From: Yuukianura sp. NJ FZ-2021
Taxonomy: Eukaryota
Assembly: GCA_046563655.1 (NCBI GenBank)
Contig: CM102290.1
Location: 5,022,001 to 5,086,000 of the forward strand
Length of the DNA: 64,000 nt
Direction of reading: 5' to 3'
Shown here: positions 1 to 14,800 of the stretch, one piece after another
Numbering within the stretch: the first letter of the stretch is position 1
Layout of the letters: the number at the start of each line of letters is the position of its first letter
Program-made: the position numbers and the translations under genes
Notes under the pieces: generated by a model
The model's database searches: none
What the model was told of the DNA's origin: nothing
The model's input: the letters and a program-made list of their open reading frames with translations, nothing else

Positions 1-3000
1 CAAACTATGTTTTTGGTTTTTATATTTTTTTTGGTGAAGACAAGACATTTTTTTTCTTTGTAACTTTGAAAACTGAAAACTCATCAAGCTAATGCATCAT
101 TTTGTTTTCACTTTTTCACTTTTTGGTCTTTAAATGGTACGAGGCCTTCCAAGAACTTAAGTCGTAAACTATTTTCCAAAGAGACACTCTGTCTCATGTC
201 ACGTTACAATTTTGGAGTTGAACAATGGGGAAAGCGCCGAACTCCTCGCGAGAACTACCTTGTATGGCTTTTTTTTAGGTTTGGTTTTGTTGGACATAAG
301 AATGCTGGCAGTGCGTTTGAAATGGGTTTGTGCCGCCAACGGAAAAATGACCTCATCATTTTAGGAATGGAAGACTTCGTTTCATGTGTCCAGTTTTTCA
401 GGTGTGAAGAATCTTCAGATTCTGCGCAAAACGCTCCAAGAATTTGCAACTTGAAATTTTTCCTCTAGTTTTTTACGTTGATGTTTCAGAAAGTGATAGG
501 TCAGAGGTCAAACGGCTTCACTTTGTCGAGCACCATTTGATCCTTCCGCTCACGTTCTCTTGGCAGTCTGTCGCACTGCACCCAATTATGCATGACGTAA
601 GAGTGGACGCAGTAAACAATTTTTTCATTCGGTGAATGATTTTGTGGTTTTTAGAGGACATTTGATTGAGTGTGAGGACTGAATTTGAGTTTGAGCTTGT
701 TTGAAGAAGCGGCTTGACTACTTTTAATCTTAAAGACTTGATTTTACTGAGAGATACAACAAGAGTTGCTCATCCATCAAATCTGTCGCCCAAACTTACA
801 TGGACTGTTCGGGTACTAGTTCTTAGCGTAACTCAAAGTCCATGTCCCATCATTCCTTGATGGGCCTCGCAAGGTTTCTAAATGGGCTCAAATTCTTACG
901 GGAGAGAGAGACTAACGTTTGACAGAGATGGGAAACTTTTGGCTTCCGAAACAACAGATCAGAGACAACTGGCTACTGATTGTCATTTATAATCAATCAA
1001 ATTGGAAAGCCATCTTGGGAATGCTACCTTCCAACAGCCGTCGGCCATTTCCATTGTGTTTCACCCTACTCTTCTAGTTAGGTTGTTCCTACTAGTTCCA
1101 CACAGTGTCAACTTCGGGTCATGTCCTCCGAATTTGACCTTGGTCCAATAAGTGAATTCAAATTTAGTTACCATTAGATTGTGTTTGGTGTTGAGTAGAC
1201 CCGTGGTGTACTGAGAGACTTATTGTTTTTAGCTGGTGGTTGATAAATGTCGTTGGTTGAAAGATGTTGTGAATTGGATACATAGTGTAAAAATGAGTTG
1301 ATCTGTGGGTTGGTCGGAAGATCTGAAAGTCGTTCCAGCAGTTACATGGGGAGTGTAATGCAATAAGGGAAAAACAAACAAGTCCTAAGTACTTGTCGGA
1401 ATTGAGAAGCTGTTTCAGGCGTCTCCCGCCCTCGGAAAAGTTCCTTCTTCTCTTGTTCCTTTAAGGTTTTTTTTAAACCTGGACTTGTTCAGAGGAAAAC
1501 GATTACACTAACGTACTGCTACAGCCTAACTTTTATTGTACAGTTGACCTAAAACTACGCCAAGAATTTCTTCTTTCTCATCTCTCCATCATCATCCCTC
1601 TTGGGCCCTTATTTAACAATCCAGAATTTGAATTGGGCGGAGAAGATGGACCACCCTTTACTAAAAACCGTTCGCCTCACTTTTCAATCTCTGTGTACCT
1701 AAATTCTTTGGAGTTTCTTAAGATCTATTCCCGTTACATTTTCTTTTAAATTCTGTTTCCCTGTGTTTCTAAGTTCGGTGTTCTCCGGGTTTCTGATCTG
1801 GGTTTTCTAAAACCTCATAAATTGTGGCAATTTTTTAAGAAAAACGAAGTTTCTATACTTGGAGTTGTAAAAGTTTCTGGTTGATCGGAAGACTGAAGTT
1901 GAACACAGACTAGTGTTGTTTATAACTTCGGTTAGGTTTTACTAGGTTTGTTTATAACTTTGAACTTGGGATGACGATGAGGACATTGGGACGTCTTGCG
2001 TTTACGGATGAGTGCTGACAGGAGCAATTTGTTCACCAAGGAAAAAATGCGGGAGTCCGGATGGACATTTGTCGTGATTCTTTATATTTTTTGGCGGATG
2101 TCGTTGATGCGGGAGGGACTGGGAAAGTTTCGTTTTTTTTCTTACTTTGGAATTGTGGCTGTGTGGTTATTGGAATTGATGGAGGCGTAAGTGGCGGAGG
2201 GAGCTGCATTAGCTCCTTTCACTTCCCCATCATCCATTCTCCTTGAACGCCACTTTCTCCCGCACTTTCTGTGCAAAACCCACTCGCCTTTAGTAGGAAC
2301 CAATTTCAGTTGTTGCGTTCTTTTTTGGTGAGGATTTGTATCAAAACGGATCTTGTGTAGAGGGAGAGGCAGAGGAAGATCCTTTGATATCAATCCCGGC
2401 TGCCCTACAACTTACTAACACAAGTTCCAATTTGTCACTGACAAGACTTGACAGTGTAGATTTCAGCCTTTGGAAAGTCTGTCGGAACAGTATAGCATTG
2501 GGCACTTCGGCTTCAAAAACATCAACCATGTCTTGGCCTCACAATTTTTTAAAAGGAGGTTCAAAAGTAATTCTATTTCAAATTCCAGTTTGGAGAAGCA
2601 CAAAAAATGTTCTGTGCAGATCAAAATTGCAATTTAAAAAGGAATTTTTTTTAGGAAACCTAGTTTCATTCAATTAGTTTTTTTTTGTTGAGAGATTTGA
2701 AGTAGGTGCCAAAGGCGCTATGTCATTATCATTAGCCACCACACCAACTAACCATAAGTTAGTTTTTATTTATTAAGGTTATGCCCCTCTCGTTTTTCCT
2801 TGAGACGTCAACCCCCTAATTTCCTTACTCAACTTTATTATTATTTGTCAGCACTGGCAATTGTCATTTGAAAAGTCCGTTCCAATTGCAATGCTTCAAT
2901 TTGTGGTAGGGTTTGAACTCAAATTCAAAACTATATGAAAGTTGTGGTAACAGTAGAGGGCGATAAATCATTTAGGGATAATTTTACCCTTAGGAAATTG

Positions 3001-6000
3001 CTTTCTTGTTTATTTTTCTACGTTATTAACTGTTGGATGTACTCGGGAAGAAGGTTTTCCAACTACCGAATCGCTTCCTGAACACGTATGGAATAAGAAC
3101 AAAACCGAACTTTTAATCAACTAAAGAAAAAAAAATGAAGCAGTTTCAGTTAAGAAAAAGGAAAGGTAGGAAATGTTCGAAACGAATTTTCGAAAGTATT
3201 TCTAATTTTTTTTTTATTTGAGTCAGGGAGCTTTTCAAGTTATTTTTTTTTTAAAAAGTGTTTTTTTAAGTTGGTGGCGGTGGTAGTTACACCAGCCACA
3301 TTTTTCCTGTGAATGTGTTTGTGTCTGGACCAGAATCCTGTCACTGTCAAGTCATGGAGAAATCATTATTCCAGAAGATTGACAAGTGCTCTTGCTTTGT
3401 TGCCGTTGTTCTGGACCTTTCTTGTGGATTGGAAGCGACTTTTCAAAAAGTCATATCTAAACTGTATTATCTCTCGCTCTGTACGACATTTGAAGCGACA
3501 CTTTCCCTCTCGTAATGTCACCCTCCAGGCTGCAGCGTATGGAAATGGAAGAGTCATATCTCCAGGACCGTCAGTTCCAGCACCAAGAAGTGGTTCCAGG
3601 TTCCTTAGAGACGGCAGATTTGGAAGTTGATGGAGTTGTTGCAGTGCAAGTTAAAAGTCTGGAATCATCCCTACTTTGTAACCACAGAAGAGATCGTCTT
3701 GGATCGTTGGCTTACAGATACAAACATAAAAGCCATAACTCATCTCTACCAAGATTATTCAGCGTATTTCAGTGACAGAAGTGTCATGTCTTGGACTTTT
3801 TCCTGCGACACTGTGGATGGATATGTTCCAAAGTGGATTTGGGCCGCTGAAGTGTTCTGTCCTTTGACTCTGTGGAGCTATAGCATAGTGACGCTGGGAA
3901 AAGTTTGAGATCGTAAAGATCTCTCGTGCGACTGTTACCTAGGAAACGAACTCTGGGACGTTGAGGTCCAAGAAGTGGCTCCCTGGTGGGAGTAGGCAGC
4001 TCCGGCGCCAGCTCACCACTGATCTGCTTTCTCGAAGGCTCTCCCCTGCTGACAAGCACAAGCTGCATCATGCAGCGATCCAGGTATGGAGACCCTTGAT
4101 GTCACCCTTGGCACTTGGAACAATGACCAAGGGACAATAACTCCAAAGTCTAAGGACCCTAATTGGATCATCACCAGGCCCCAACACAATCCAAATGCAG
4201 CAGAGGATAGTGAGAGTGTCATTGTTCACGAACTACGTCAACCGGAACCCGCCTGTCATCGCTTCCCATAAACTCCGGACATGACTCTCCTTCCAAACCT
4301 CTAAAAACCTGCCATCTCCTACCTCATCGTCTGTAACTTGAAGTGTCTTGTGAAATTCATGGAGCATGAATTAGAATGAGAAATGATCTAAAATTAAATT
4401 ATTTGCGTTTGTCGCCAATTTTTTGTGCAGTTCCATTCCCAACTAACATATACGTCTTATGTCAAGGTGGAAATGGAAATGCACAAGGGGTAGAACTGTT
4501 GGTCTGAAGGGGATGAGGGATGATCATTTGAGTGCGGAACCATTAAAATGACGAAGATCCCAATTTCTAGAGTCCGCACGACAGAGGGTGAGAATTAGGA
4601 AAAGAACAATGGGATGAACAAGTCTCTTCTTCTGTTTGACTAATTTCAATTCCAAAAGTTCTAAATGTGGGGTGGGAATGGTTTTAAGACTTTTAAGCGG
4701 AACTCGCATATCCGCGACCTCAGCATTCCTTCGGCCCAGGAAGACCTCCGCCATTTTCCGTCCCACCTTAACTTCCAATTCCTCTGGTGGGGAAGGGGGC
4801 TCAGGCGCCACAATCCATCACGAACGACCACGAACCACACCTTCTTCTCCGACAAACCATTACTTTATAACTCATCTGTCAACACTACTCCACAGCTTGG
4901 GCACTTTTACAAGTTGACCAAAGGGCCCTCCAACTCAAACCCTTGTCGAACAAGGCTGATTATTCCCTGTGCTAAACATCCAGACACAAGAGTTACAAGT
5001 CCTAGCCTAACAATGTTACTCTCTGTCCCTTGGGAAGGGGTCTAGCAAACCTTGTCCTGCCAAAGACCCTGCTGGACTTGACTTTATAACGGGACTTTAG
5101 AGTGGAGTCGTATTTTCCCGGGTAACTCCGGAAACTGAACCTGTGAGTGATCCAGGGAGGATAATTAGGTGAGAAGGTGGTAAGTGACGGGAGGGGAAGT
5201 TAATTTGGGGGGTGGGGAGGGTAAAGCAAATAGTGTGTGTATAACAATGGGCATTGTTGGTTACATTCTGGGTTTTAATAGGTTTGGGCCCTGGAGGGTC
5301 ATCAGAGCCGTCAGGTGGAAATGAATTACGGCTGAATAATGGAGGGCTGTTCGTAGGTCCTGCGGGGCCCCTTAACAAGCCTTCTCTTTATTTCAAGAAA
5401 AACTAACAATCTCGCCCCTTGGGTTGACCTTATCCTGCCAACAAATAAACACTAGAATAATAACCCCTACCTACAACACTTCTCAATATCATCTTCCATC
5501 TTCCCAAGGATCCACCAGATACTTCTCAGGACTCAACAGGATTTTCATCAAGGGCCAACAGAGCAAGGGCACCTATTAATTCCTAATTGATGCCTTCTAT
5601 CACTTCCAATACTCAACACCAAATACCCTCAAACCTAACATTCTTAAAAATAAACTAAGGCAACATTGGGAGACGTATCAAATTATCACCTTTGGATTCT
5701 AACGCCTTCTCTAACATCACGCGTGTGGAGGGGAACATTTTGGAGGTGCATCCTTAAATGTTAACGGGATTGATCTGTCAATTTATCACTACTCCTCCCG
5801 GTGGTAATCTTTGTACTGGAATGTCAAAATTTTAGTTACAATAATTCCTTTATATTCCAAAAAATAGTGTGAATAAAATCATATTTCACCGTTGCTGTTT
5901 TTTTTTTCAAATTATTCTGGACTTGTTTCCTGAATTGGAGAAAAATCAATTTTTAGTTCCAACATTGTTTATTTTTTCTCCAATTTGAAAAGAAAAAGTC

Positions 6001-9000
6001 ATTTTAAATTTTTGAATTTTTTTTTCCAGGATTTGAATTCTATTGTTTTTTGAAATTGTTGCTGGTTGGTTGTGGTGGCTGATGAAAGGGTTTTGATTTA
6101 ATTTTGGTTGCTTTCCACGTAGGTGTAACAAGGAGTATCAAGTGTTATGCTAGTAAATCAACTATTCCTCTGCTAACTAGACACTGTTTGGCTTAGAATT
6201 AATTAGCACTGAAGTGAGCAGGTCGAAATTACGCCTCTTATTAGACCAACCCATGAACTACATGCATCTCCAAGTTCTTCCCAGATTCGGTGCAGGATAA
6301 AATCAAGTTGCAAGGGGCCTTGAGCACTTCTGCCTTTGTTCAAACGAAAGGGCTTCTTTCCATTGTTTTACCCCCTCTTACTTTTATGACACCTCAACTT
6401 GATCCTTCAACATGGGAGGAAAGGTGTCAAATCCACTTCCAGGTCGGAAAAATCAAATTGCCAAAATAACATTTAGTCTACTAAAAGGTTTCAATTTTCA
6501 CTACCTCCAACATCAAAATTTTGGAAATTACTCCGTTCTTTGAACTTTGTATTTGAACAAAATTTTGAAAGGATTCCAAATTTGTTTTCATATTGTGACG
6601 ACTGACCTAGGAAGTAGTTGGGCCGTTTGAATTGTTTTTAGAAATAAGTGATCTAGTGGTTGAGGAGCAGTAGGGGTCCAAAGTGTTGGTGCCAGTTGGC
6701 TGACGCCAAGGAAGTAAGCGGGAAGCACAAGCGGTTTACAAACAACGATATACATAGGATTCAAGCGGATTCCCAAAGGTTAAATGCCTTGGTTTCCAAA
6801 ACTTAGCACACCATTGCATTGTTCTAATCGCTTCCAATCTCTGGAAATTCAACGCTTAACTATATAAACAAATCCCACTGTTCTTTCCCCTCCTTAACTT
6901 TCCTTCATCTAAACTTGGCTATGCGTTTCGTTCTCAGGAGAGTCTCATAAAAGCCCAAAGAACATCATCAGGTCATACAATAAAAATGGATTGCAAGGTC
7001 TAGGACTTTTGCCTAGGCACGAAAACGCTTAAAAACCAAAACCTACGTTTCGTTTATGAAGCTAGGTATCCCAATATATATAATGTATACGGCTATTATT
7101 TACGAACATAAACATCTAGGCTAAAAAAATACTGGAAACGGCCACACTGCTTTTGGGACATAAAATTTCAAAGAACTTGGCACGTTGGTGCAGAAGTGTC
7201 CGCATGGTTCTAAATCAGCCCAAACCGCTTAAAATAAGTCCAAGTCCTGGGCCAAAAGTGTTTGGTGGTGTTGATTGTAATTCGGATAAGGGTTATGAAT
7301 AAGTCATAATTCCACACCCGCATACAATTTACGCCTCACACCTTCCTAGCCTGAAAGACGCTTCTCCTCAAAACGCTCTTTGCAAAAGCGTACACTACGA
7401 GTTTGGACTTTGCCAGGAAAAAAAAGTTGTAGATTTTTCTCCCCTAAGCGCCTTAAATTTGTAAAGTGTTGGACCACCTACCTGCGGAAATAATTTAAGT
7501 CCAAACATTTTGCATGCTCCCAGGTCTTGGCTTTTTGGGGGAACTGCTCATGCTTGGTTATTATTCCAATTATTTGGATGAGGTTTACGTGATTATAATG
7601 GGAGTAAAGTTTAAACTGAAAAGACGCCACTTTACACTTCCCATTATACTCTTTAAAAAGCAAAAGTTGTATAGAGAAAAAAGCAAAGTTGAAAGAAACT
7701 TCAAAAAACTTGAAACAATTCAACCTAGGGAATTTTTTCCCAATTTGACTCTGAGCTGAATGTACTAACTCCTCAAAAATTCTGAATGTTTTTCCAGAAA
7801 ACCTGTCAGAAGCACATCAAAAAGTAGTAACTGAAGCCAAAGACTAAGGTGTGAGAATCAAACAATGGAAATATCAAGTGAAGACGGTCGTAAAGACAAA
7901 AGAAAGTAAAAGCTTAGGCTTTAATGAGCTCGTAGCTTTAGTTCCAAGGAAGTCGTCACTTGTTTCCTTCAGATCCTTCACCTCTGATCTCATCTTTATC
8001 CAGAAGGGCCGATATACCCATTAACACCTCAAACAACGACGCACCCAAGGGGGGTCAACTCCGGGAATTTTAATTCAGGAAAAGTCTCCTCCGTATTCAT
8101 TTTTTTTTGTCAGATCACCTACTAGGAATTCTGCAATTTTTGAAAAAAAAATCAACTTTTGCCAAAGTCAGAAAATTCTTAGGGAAAATGGCCAAGATTT
8201 ATGACAGAGGAAAAGTTTACAAAGAACGAGACCACCAAAGATGCAGAAAAATTGGCGCTTCGTGATGATTGGAATCGTTTGTGATGAGGGGATAATAAGT
8301 TGGTTTGGTAGAAATTATGATTGGGTTGTTTAGTGGGTTGGTTCTGGAAGGAACACGGTGGTTCTGGTGATGGCGGTGGTTCTCGTCATCCTCGCGGTGG
8401 GAACTTTTGGAGGGTGGGTATGACTAGTATTTTGTGCGTCTCCCATTGTCTTTTTGGTTGAATTTATAAGATGAATGGATGGTGCTAATAAACATGTTAA
8501 TCAGCCTCATGAACTTAGAGACTCAGAAAAACTTGATTTTTGTTGATTTTGACTTAAGGCAGTTATCCGCCCTCGTACTCATCGACGGAATACCTCATGC
8601 AGGTCTGAGCAGTCAGGGGAACAAAGGATTTTTTCAAACCAATACTTTTTTTTTAAACATTCCTCAATGAGGTAAATTTTTCTAAAGTATTTTCTTGACG
8701 AGTAACTTTTCACTTTAGATATTTAGCTGTGATTTCATTTTCGGTCATTTTAATTCATTTTTTGGTGCGTTGTTTTCTGATTTTGGAAAGATAGGCTTTT
8801 AGGTGTCCGGTGAACAAGATCATGCTGGAGTTTTTTTTTCTGATTTTAATGTGATTTTAAATTTGAGCCTATAAATTGAAATTTTTGACGCTCCGGGATT
8901 TGAAGTGAAAGGTGTGCATGGTGGAGCCGTTTGATGGTGTCAGCTAGCGAAAAGTGTTGGCGCCTCTGGACCGTTTTAATATTGAATGTGCTGGACAGGG

Positions 9001-10619
9001 ACTTAGAGTCTTCGGCGGTGGTGCGCCTGGAAGATACGTTCTGAATGAGATGAGTTATTGGGAATGTCCGTCCTACTGCCACACACTCAGGCACCTTGGG
9101 CTACAGTCTCCACCTTCCCTTACCTCCAATTAATGGGGGACCCTGTAATGAGATCCCTATTTGTTTTTCACTTTCTCAGCTTCATTCCACGGGACTTAAG
9201 GGCCCCTTCGGACAGAGAGACTCCGGCTCTCTCATATTTCATCTCCAGCCAACCTCTGACATTCGTCCCAACCTCAATCAAATTAAACCACCTTCGGAGA
9301 TGCAGATCCACAGCTCTCTCGCTTTCAATCAATTACCACTTGAAACAGTCTACAGGGCTTCAAATCCAGCGTCTCATCAAGATTCTTCGACGGCGGCCGT
9401 TATTCGGTGGTCACCAAAGATTGTTGGAACCTTGGTCTGATCTTGTGAAACTTCTCTCCGGAAACAACGTTGGTTTGAAAGCGACGGCGGAGGTGTGGAC
9501 AGGTAGCATTGTGGGTCGGTGTTGCTGTCCTTGTTGGACCTGTCAGTGTGGTAACCACTGCTAGTACTGCTGATCCTGCTGGAGATTGACATTGACAGGG
9601 ACTTCCTTTGATTAGAGCTTGGGAGCTACCAGAAAAAACTGAAGAAAATAGGCTTGGGAAAGAAGGGAAAGGTTAGGTTAGTAAAGTGTGATAGAGATCT
9701 GAGGGAATTGCGTAAGGTCAATCATGTTTGTTTTTCTAAAGTAGTTCCAAACAGCCCAGCAGAGGAACTTGACACCCCATAATCAGGAGACTTAAGGGAG
9801 ATGAAGATAGTGTCAAAATATAAATGGAAATGAGAGATTTATAAGAGAGTGACATTGGGCCATAGTAAAGTGTCAAGGGGTGCATCCTACTTGGCCACTT
9901 TCGGTACTCGGAGTGTTTCAAATCCACGAGTACTTAACAGTACTGTGTTTCGAAATGAACCCCTTATCCTGTCTCATGTCTGTCATCCTCACTTCCTCTC
10001 GTTTTGATTAGCCCACAAAACAGACGGATCCGACATTTTTGGAAGGACATTTATGGGTTCTCGGAGCTGTTATTAACGTTCCCGCTGCTTCACTAACTAC
10101 TGGCACTTCCAAACCTAACTTAAGTAGTCTGCGATCCAAATAAACCGCCTCTTCAAAATCTCCCGCTTCGTTTTGACGTTCAATTCTAGCGCAGCAAGGG
10201 CATTCGTTGCCAGTTCTTTGCAATTTTTCAACAGACGCGTATATCACTGTCCTCGATATTTTTTTTTCAAAGTCAATCCTCTTGTAATGCGTTGGAACAT
10301 CTTAATTTGGGGTGGCAGGTTCACGCCACGCCGAAAAAAAGTTGATGTGTCGACACTTAAGTGGATTTTCTCACCTAAAATAATGGCGTTTGGGTCATTA
10401 GGGTTATTGATGACGCACATTGGATTGACTCAACACCTCCATGCGATTAGGGAGGCGGATATAACGTTAATGATTCCTACAGTTTTGATAATAGATTTTC
10501 ATTAATTTTACATTTGAACTTATGAAGAGGTCACGTTATATTATTTGGCCTTAAGCAGAACTGGGTTGGATTATACTCATGTGGGCGCATGTTAAAAACT
10601 TAGAAACGAGAAGCTGGTG

Positions 10620-11140
10620 AATGACATCCCCAGACAACCCAAAAAATGACCTCTACAAAAGTTGTTGGTCTTAATGAGGTGACCATTTTTTGTCCTCTGA
10701 CATATGACCCTGTGACATTCCGTTGAGGTCATAGGTCGATTTCAAAGTGAGTTAGTTTAGGTTAGGTTATACCTTCAAATTGACCTATGACCTCAACGGA
10801 ACGTCACAGGGTCATATGTCAGAGGACAAAAAATGACCCCCTCATTTATGACCTCGACTAACCTCTAACAGGGTCAAGGCTCAAGGTCATCGTTTTTCTC
10901 TACAGTTCTGAAACGGATAGACCGAATCATAAGCAGTTCGGAGGAACCGATTTTGATGACCTCGAGTGACCTCTACCAGGGTCAAGGCACAAGGTAATCG
11001 TTTTCTCTATAACTCGGAAACGGATGGAACCGATTCGGAAGTGGCTACCGAGGATGGATGTTTGACGATGGGAGGACTAAGATTCCGAATATTGTTTGAC
11101 CTCTAGTGAGCTCTAACAATATCAAAGGTCTAGGTCAACA
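10620..11140. repeat. Repeat element with a 76-bp-arm hairpin and TGACCT/AGGTCA-rich tandem subunits
   Basis: Arms 10673-10748 and 10771-10846 are near-perfect reverse complements around a TTAGG-like loop. Two to three diverged ~110-bp subunits follow (about 10848, 10957, 11097). 10630-10720 is similar in reverse orientation to 36560-36660. Confidence 0.75.
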
Positions 11141-11296
11141 ATATCCTGCGCGGGAACTCTCTATAATTAATCTGACGATACTTATTTACATCGTCTTTGC
11201 AAGAAGTTTATTTCCTAAACAAATAATGTTCACTTGTTTCAAGATTCGTAAACTAAAAAAAAGTTTTTTCTACACCAGAGGTTATCCAATAACGCT

Positions 11297-11837
11297 TAGG
11301 GATGCCGCGATATGAATTTTTGGCATATCCTCTATCGGCCGATATGTCAGTTCCGCATATCGCCGATAAGGATAAAGGCCGATATATCGGCCGATCGATG
11401 CCGATAGGGAAATATCCCAATTTTTCCCCGACGTCAACAAGTCGACAGCAGAAGACTGTAAAAAAGAGTTCGCCAAAATGTGTTTTTCTGTTTCAGTGCT
11501 ATTCGCTAGTATTTTTTAAGTGCTAGATGCCCTTAAGTCTTTGTAATTAACAAAAACTTAACAAGCTGACGTTTAAATGGAAACGTTTTTGAACAGAAAT
11601 TGTACACTTCTAAACTTTGAATACGAAATTTCACAGTAGAACCTTGTATTTGTAGCGAATTTTAACAAAAATTAATCAAAATGGTACTGTTAGAAACCCC
11701 GGTTAAGGCCAATTCATATCGTAAAATATCGGCATTGACAAAATATGTCAACGGCCGATATCGATAAAGGCCGATATTCTTAAATTCGTGTATCGACGGA
11801 GGATATATCGGCCAGCCGATATATCGCGGCATCCCTA
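11297..11837. mobile_element. hAT-type MITE (541 bp)
   Basis: 17-bp TIR TAGGGATGCCGCGATAT/ATATCGCGGCATCCCTA; perfect 8-bp TSD ATAACGCT (11289-11296 and 11838-11845); subterminal CCGATAT/ATATCGG repeats at both ends. Confidence 0.92.
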
Positions 11838-14800
11838 ATAACGCTAGGGTTTTCAATTTTTTTTTTTTTGTAAAATTTTCAGGAATGAAATCGATTCAAC
11901 TTCACGTCCATTTCTATGGCCGTTTCTTTTTTTTTTTCACTTTTTTTTTATTCCTATGCGATTCAGTTTGAAAAACAAATTGGGGAGAAAAGCTTCAACA
12001 AAATCGGTGCTATACTGATGTTAAAAGTTGTTTCAAGTGAAATTTTTTGGGATCCCTGAGTTATTAGAAAACCTGATGTAGGAAATATAATTCGGTTGCC
12101 AAGAAATCTTGAGTGGTTTTATATTAATTTTGATTCCACCAAACACATTCTTGTGTGTGAAATATCTGACTTTTGAAGTCCACTTCTTTTTTCAAATCTC
12201 CGACTTCTGAAATCGACCATTTTAAAATTCCTGCCTTTTAAAATTTTTGATTTTTGAAATCGTTGTTTCTTCGCTTGATTGGGGTTAGAGATGACTGGAG
12301 ATGAAGCGTGAGGAACTTAGCGAAGAGGGTTCGCATTAAGCCCTAGGTCGAAATTAGAAATTACACGAACCTGCTGCTGGACTGGACTGTTTTACACGTA
12401 ACGTTATTTCTTTGAGTAACATAATGATAGGTTTAGCCTCTCCGTGTTTGTTTCCTTGACGAGTCCTCTGTATGTTTTTCAGAGATCTGATCCCAGAATT
12501 ACAATGATTATAGAGATGAAGATTCCATCAGAACGAGGAGAGTCAGAGCTCAGAGGTGCGAAAAGTTACACTCCAACATCCAACTTAATTGCAACCAACA
12601 ACCCCATCATCCTATGCTTCAACTTCCTAATAAGACGGGGAGGAGATCTCTCTAATGCTCTAATTCAGGGTCTCAACTCTCAAACGCATCTCCCATTTGT
12701 AACAACATACAACATTCTCGTCCTTACGCGGATTGATCTTTATTTGTGCCAATGGCACTCAGATTGGAAATCACGTTCTTCAAGAACTTTGGCCAAAGTG
12801 AAGTTTAATGGTTTGAATTTTGAAATGGTTTGTTAAGGGGATGAAGAGTAGTACAGTAGTTGGCTGGAGTTTGCGTTTGAAGTGATTAACTTTGTGTGTA
12901 ACCTCTAATTAGCCTCTGAAATTTTATGAGGCATAGAGGCACTTGTGATTCATTATTGGTCACTTCCTATTTGAACAAGTTTAAGTGGAAGAGTGGACCT
13001 GGCCTTATTTTAGCAATTATGATTCAAGTGTGGCGCAATTAAGTTTAACTAAAGTTGTTAGACGCCTTGGAAGGGCGCACACGCAATAATTTTTCAGAAT
13101 TTTGATTCAAAATTTTTGGGTGCAACTCTGGTGCATTTTTACATTTCAATCTGCTATTAATTTGTGTAACTAATTGGTCTAATGCGTCTTGTACCACGCA
13201 ACGATGAGATGAGAAATACACTCGAGAAAGAATGTATGCAAATCCTTGCCGTATGCACATCCGATATCTCACAATGTAAAGACATGTAAATTATCTAAAT
13301 ATTTCTTCCCTAGATAGAATAGGTATGCAAAGTATCATTAATTTTCACTGCCACATTCAAACTTTCACTGTCGGTATGTGTAAATTATCAATTGTCTTAT
13401 CCCCATTATTCACAACATGCAAATTATCTCCCGTTTATCTTTTCCAATTGTCTCCCACTATTAACACTATGAGAAAGGAGTCCGGAAAATCTATCTCCCA
13501 ACAAGTGAAACATCAAAATATCACAAGGTTCAAGGTTGTTTGAATTACTGGACATCACCGTTCATTTAAAAAGCCTTGATAAGGTGTATGGAACTCGAAT
13601 TCAAATTGGATTCCGATTATCATTTGTTTTAATTCATACGCATTTTTTTTCTAAAATCCTGGAAAGTTCTTGTTTTTACGAAGGTCTGAGTTGGACCTAA
13701 GGTTTAAATTCTGCAAAACTGAAGAGGAAACTTCGCAATTGGTCTTATTTTTGAGTTATTCTGGGACATGCTGTTATTGCGTGCCGCCTGTTGTTGCGGA
13801 AGCGTTAAGTATTGTAGTAATTCCTTGAGTTGGTGCCAATTTGCGGTTCATAAGTAGCGGAAGTTGGTGTGTACTATTAGGACTAATAAGTATCCGCCTC
13901 CTTGGTTCCATGTCCCAGAGACACAAAGGGTGTCATTCAGCACTTGTTCAATTATTTCCAAAGTCCCACGTTCAAAGAAGTCTTTTTGTGGGGCTTCTAT
14001 CTGCCACCAAGTTTTTCATAAGTACTTTCATCACTGTGCTTCATTTACACGCAAGGGAACTTGGCACCAACGTCTAAACGTTAACCTGAGGAGGCACTTG
14101 GCGTCTTTTGAGAGGAGACCGTGTAAAAACTAAACGGCGGTGGTAGACATGAACGGTTTTTAGATCGAAAGAGATGATAGGGAGGAACACACAAGGAGAC
14201 ATGCCAATTTCCACGACTCTGCCGTCATGACACCTTGGCTGAGAACTTGAACAGGGAGTTACACCTGTAATTGGGAACTCACCACTCCCAAAGTCCAACA
14301 ATTTACAACTTTTAGCTGTGACTCATCTAGCATAAGTCAATGTTTCAGTCATGGTTTTTGCTGAATCCAATCAGGACAAGAGGCGACTCGTTTTGGACGC
14401 ATGTTTTGAATTTATGGACCCTAGTTATGCTCTCAACAGAATTTGTTGGAATAGTTTCAATTGTTGTGATATTAATAATGCTTAATTGAATTGAATGGGT
14501 GACCTTTCTCCGAAAAGACGTGATTGTAATAGGGAGACTGCGTTTTCTGGACTGGAGTCTCCCCCTCGACTCATATTTCAATGTACATTGTCACAAAGGT
14601 CAAATGGACACCCCAACCCTAGCTCCCTTTTGGAACCCTGCCACATAATTGTTGCGTAGCGCAATTTCACTATTTTTTCTCTTTTAGACATAGACACAAA
14701 AAACGAATTTTTAGACATTCAAATCAAAATATTCGTTTTTTTGGGAAAAGAATTCTGTTGTTTCTAGAAAAGCATGGTTCCTTCGTTTCGGAAAAATTTC

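Noticed and set aside
7000..7460. Possible degenerate inverted-repeat element
   Set aside because: Only short, mismatched similarity (about 7004-7020 versus 7243-7260); no TIR or TSD could be defined.
8846..9592. Cluster of 70-170-aa ORFs on both strands
   Set aside because: No recognisable domain, no consistent splice structure, and mostly non-ATG starts.
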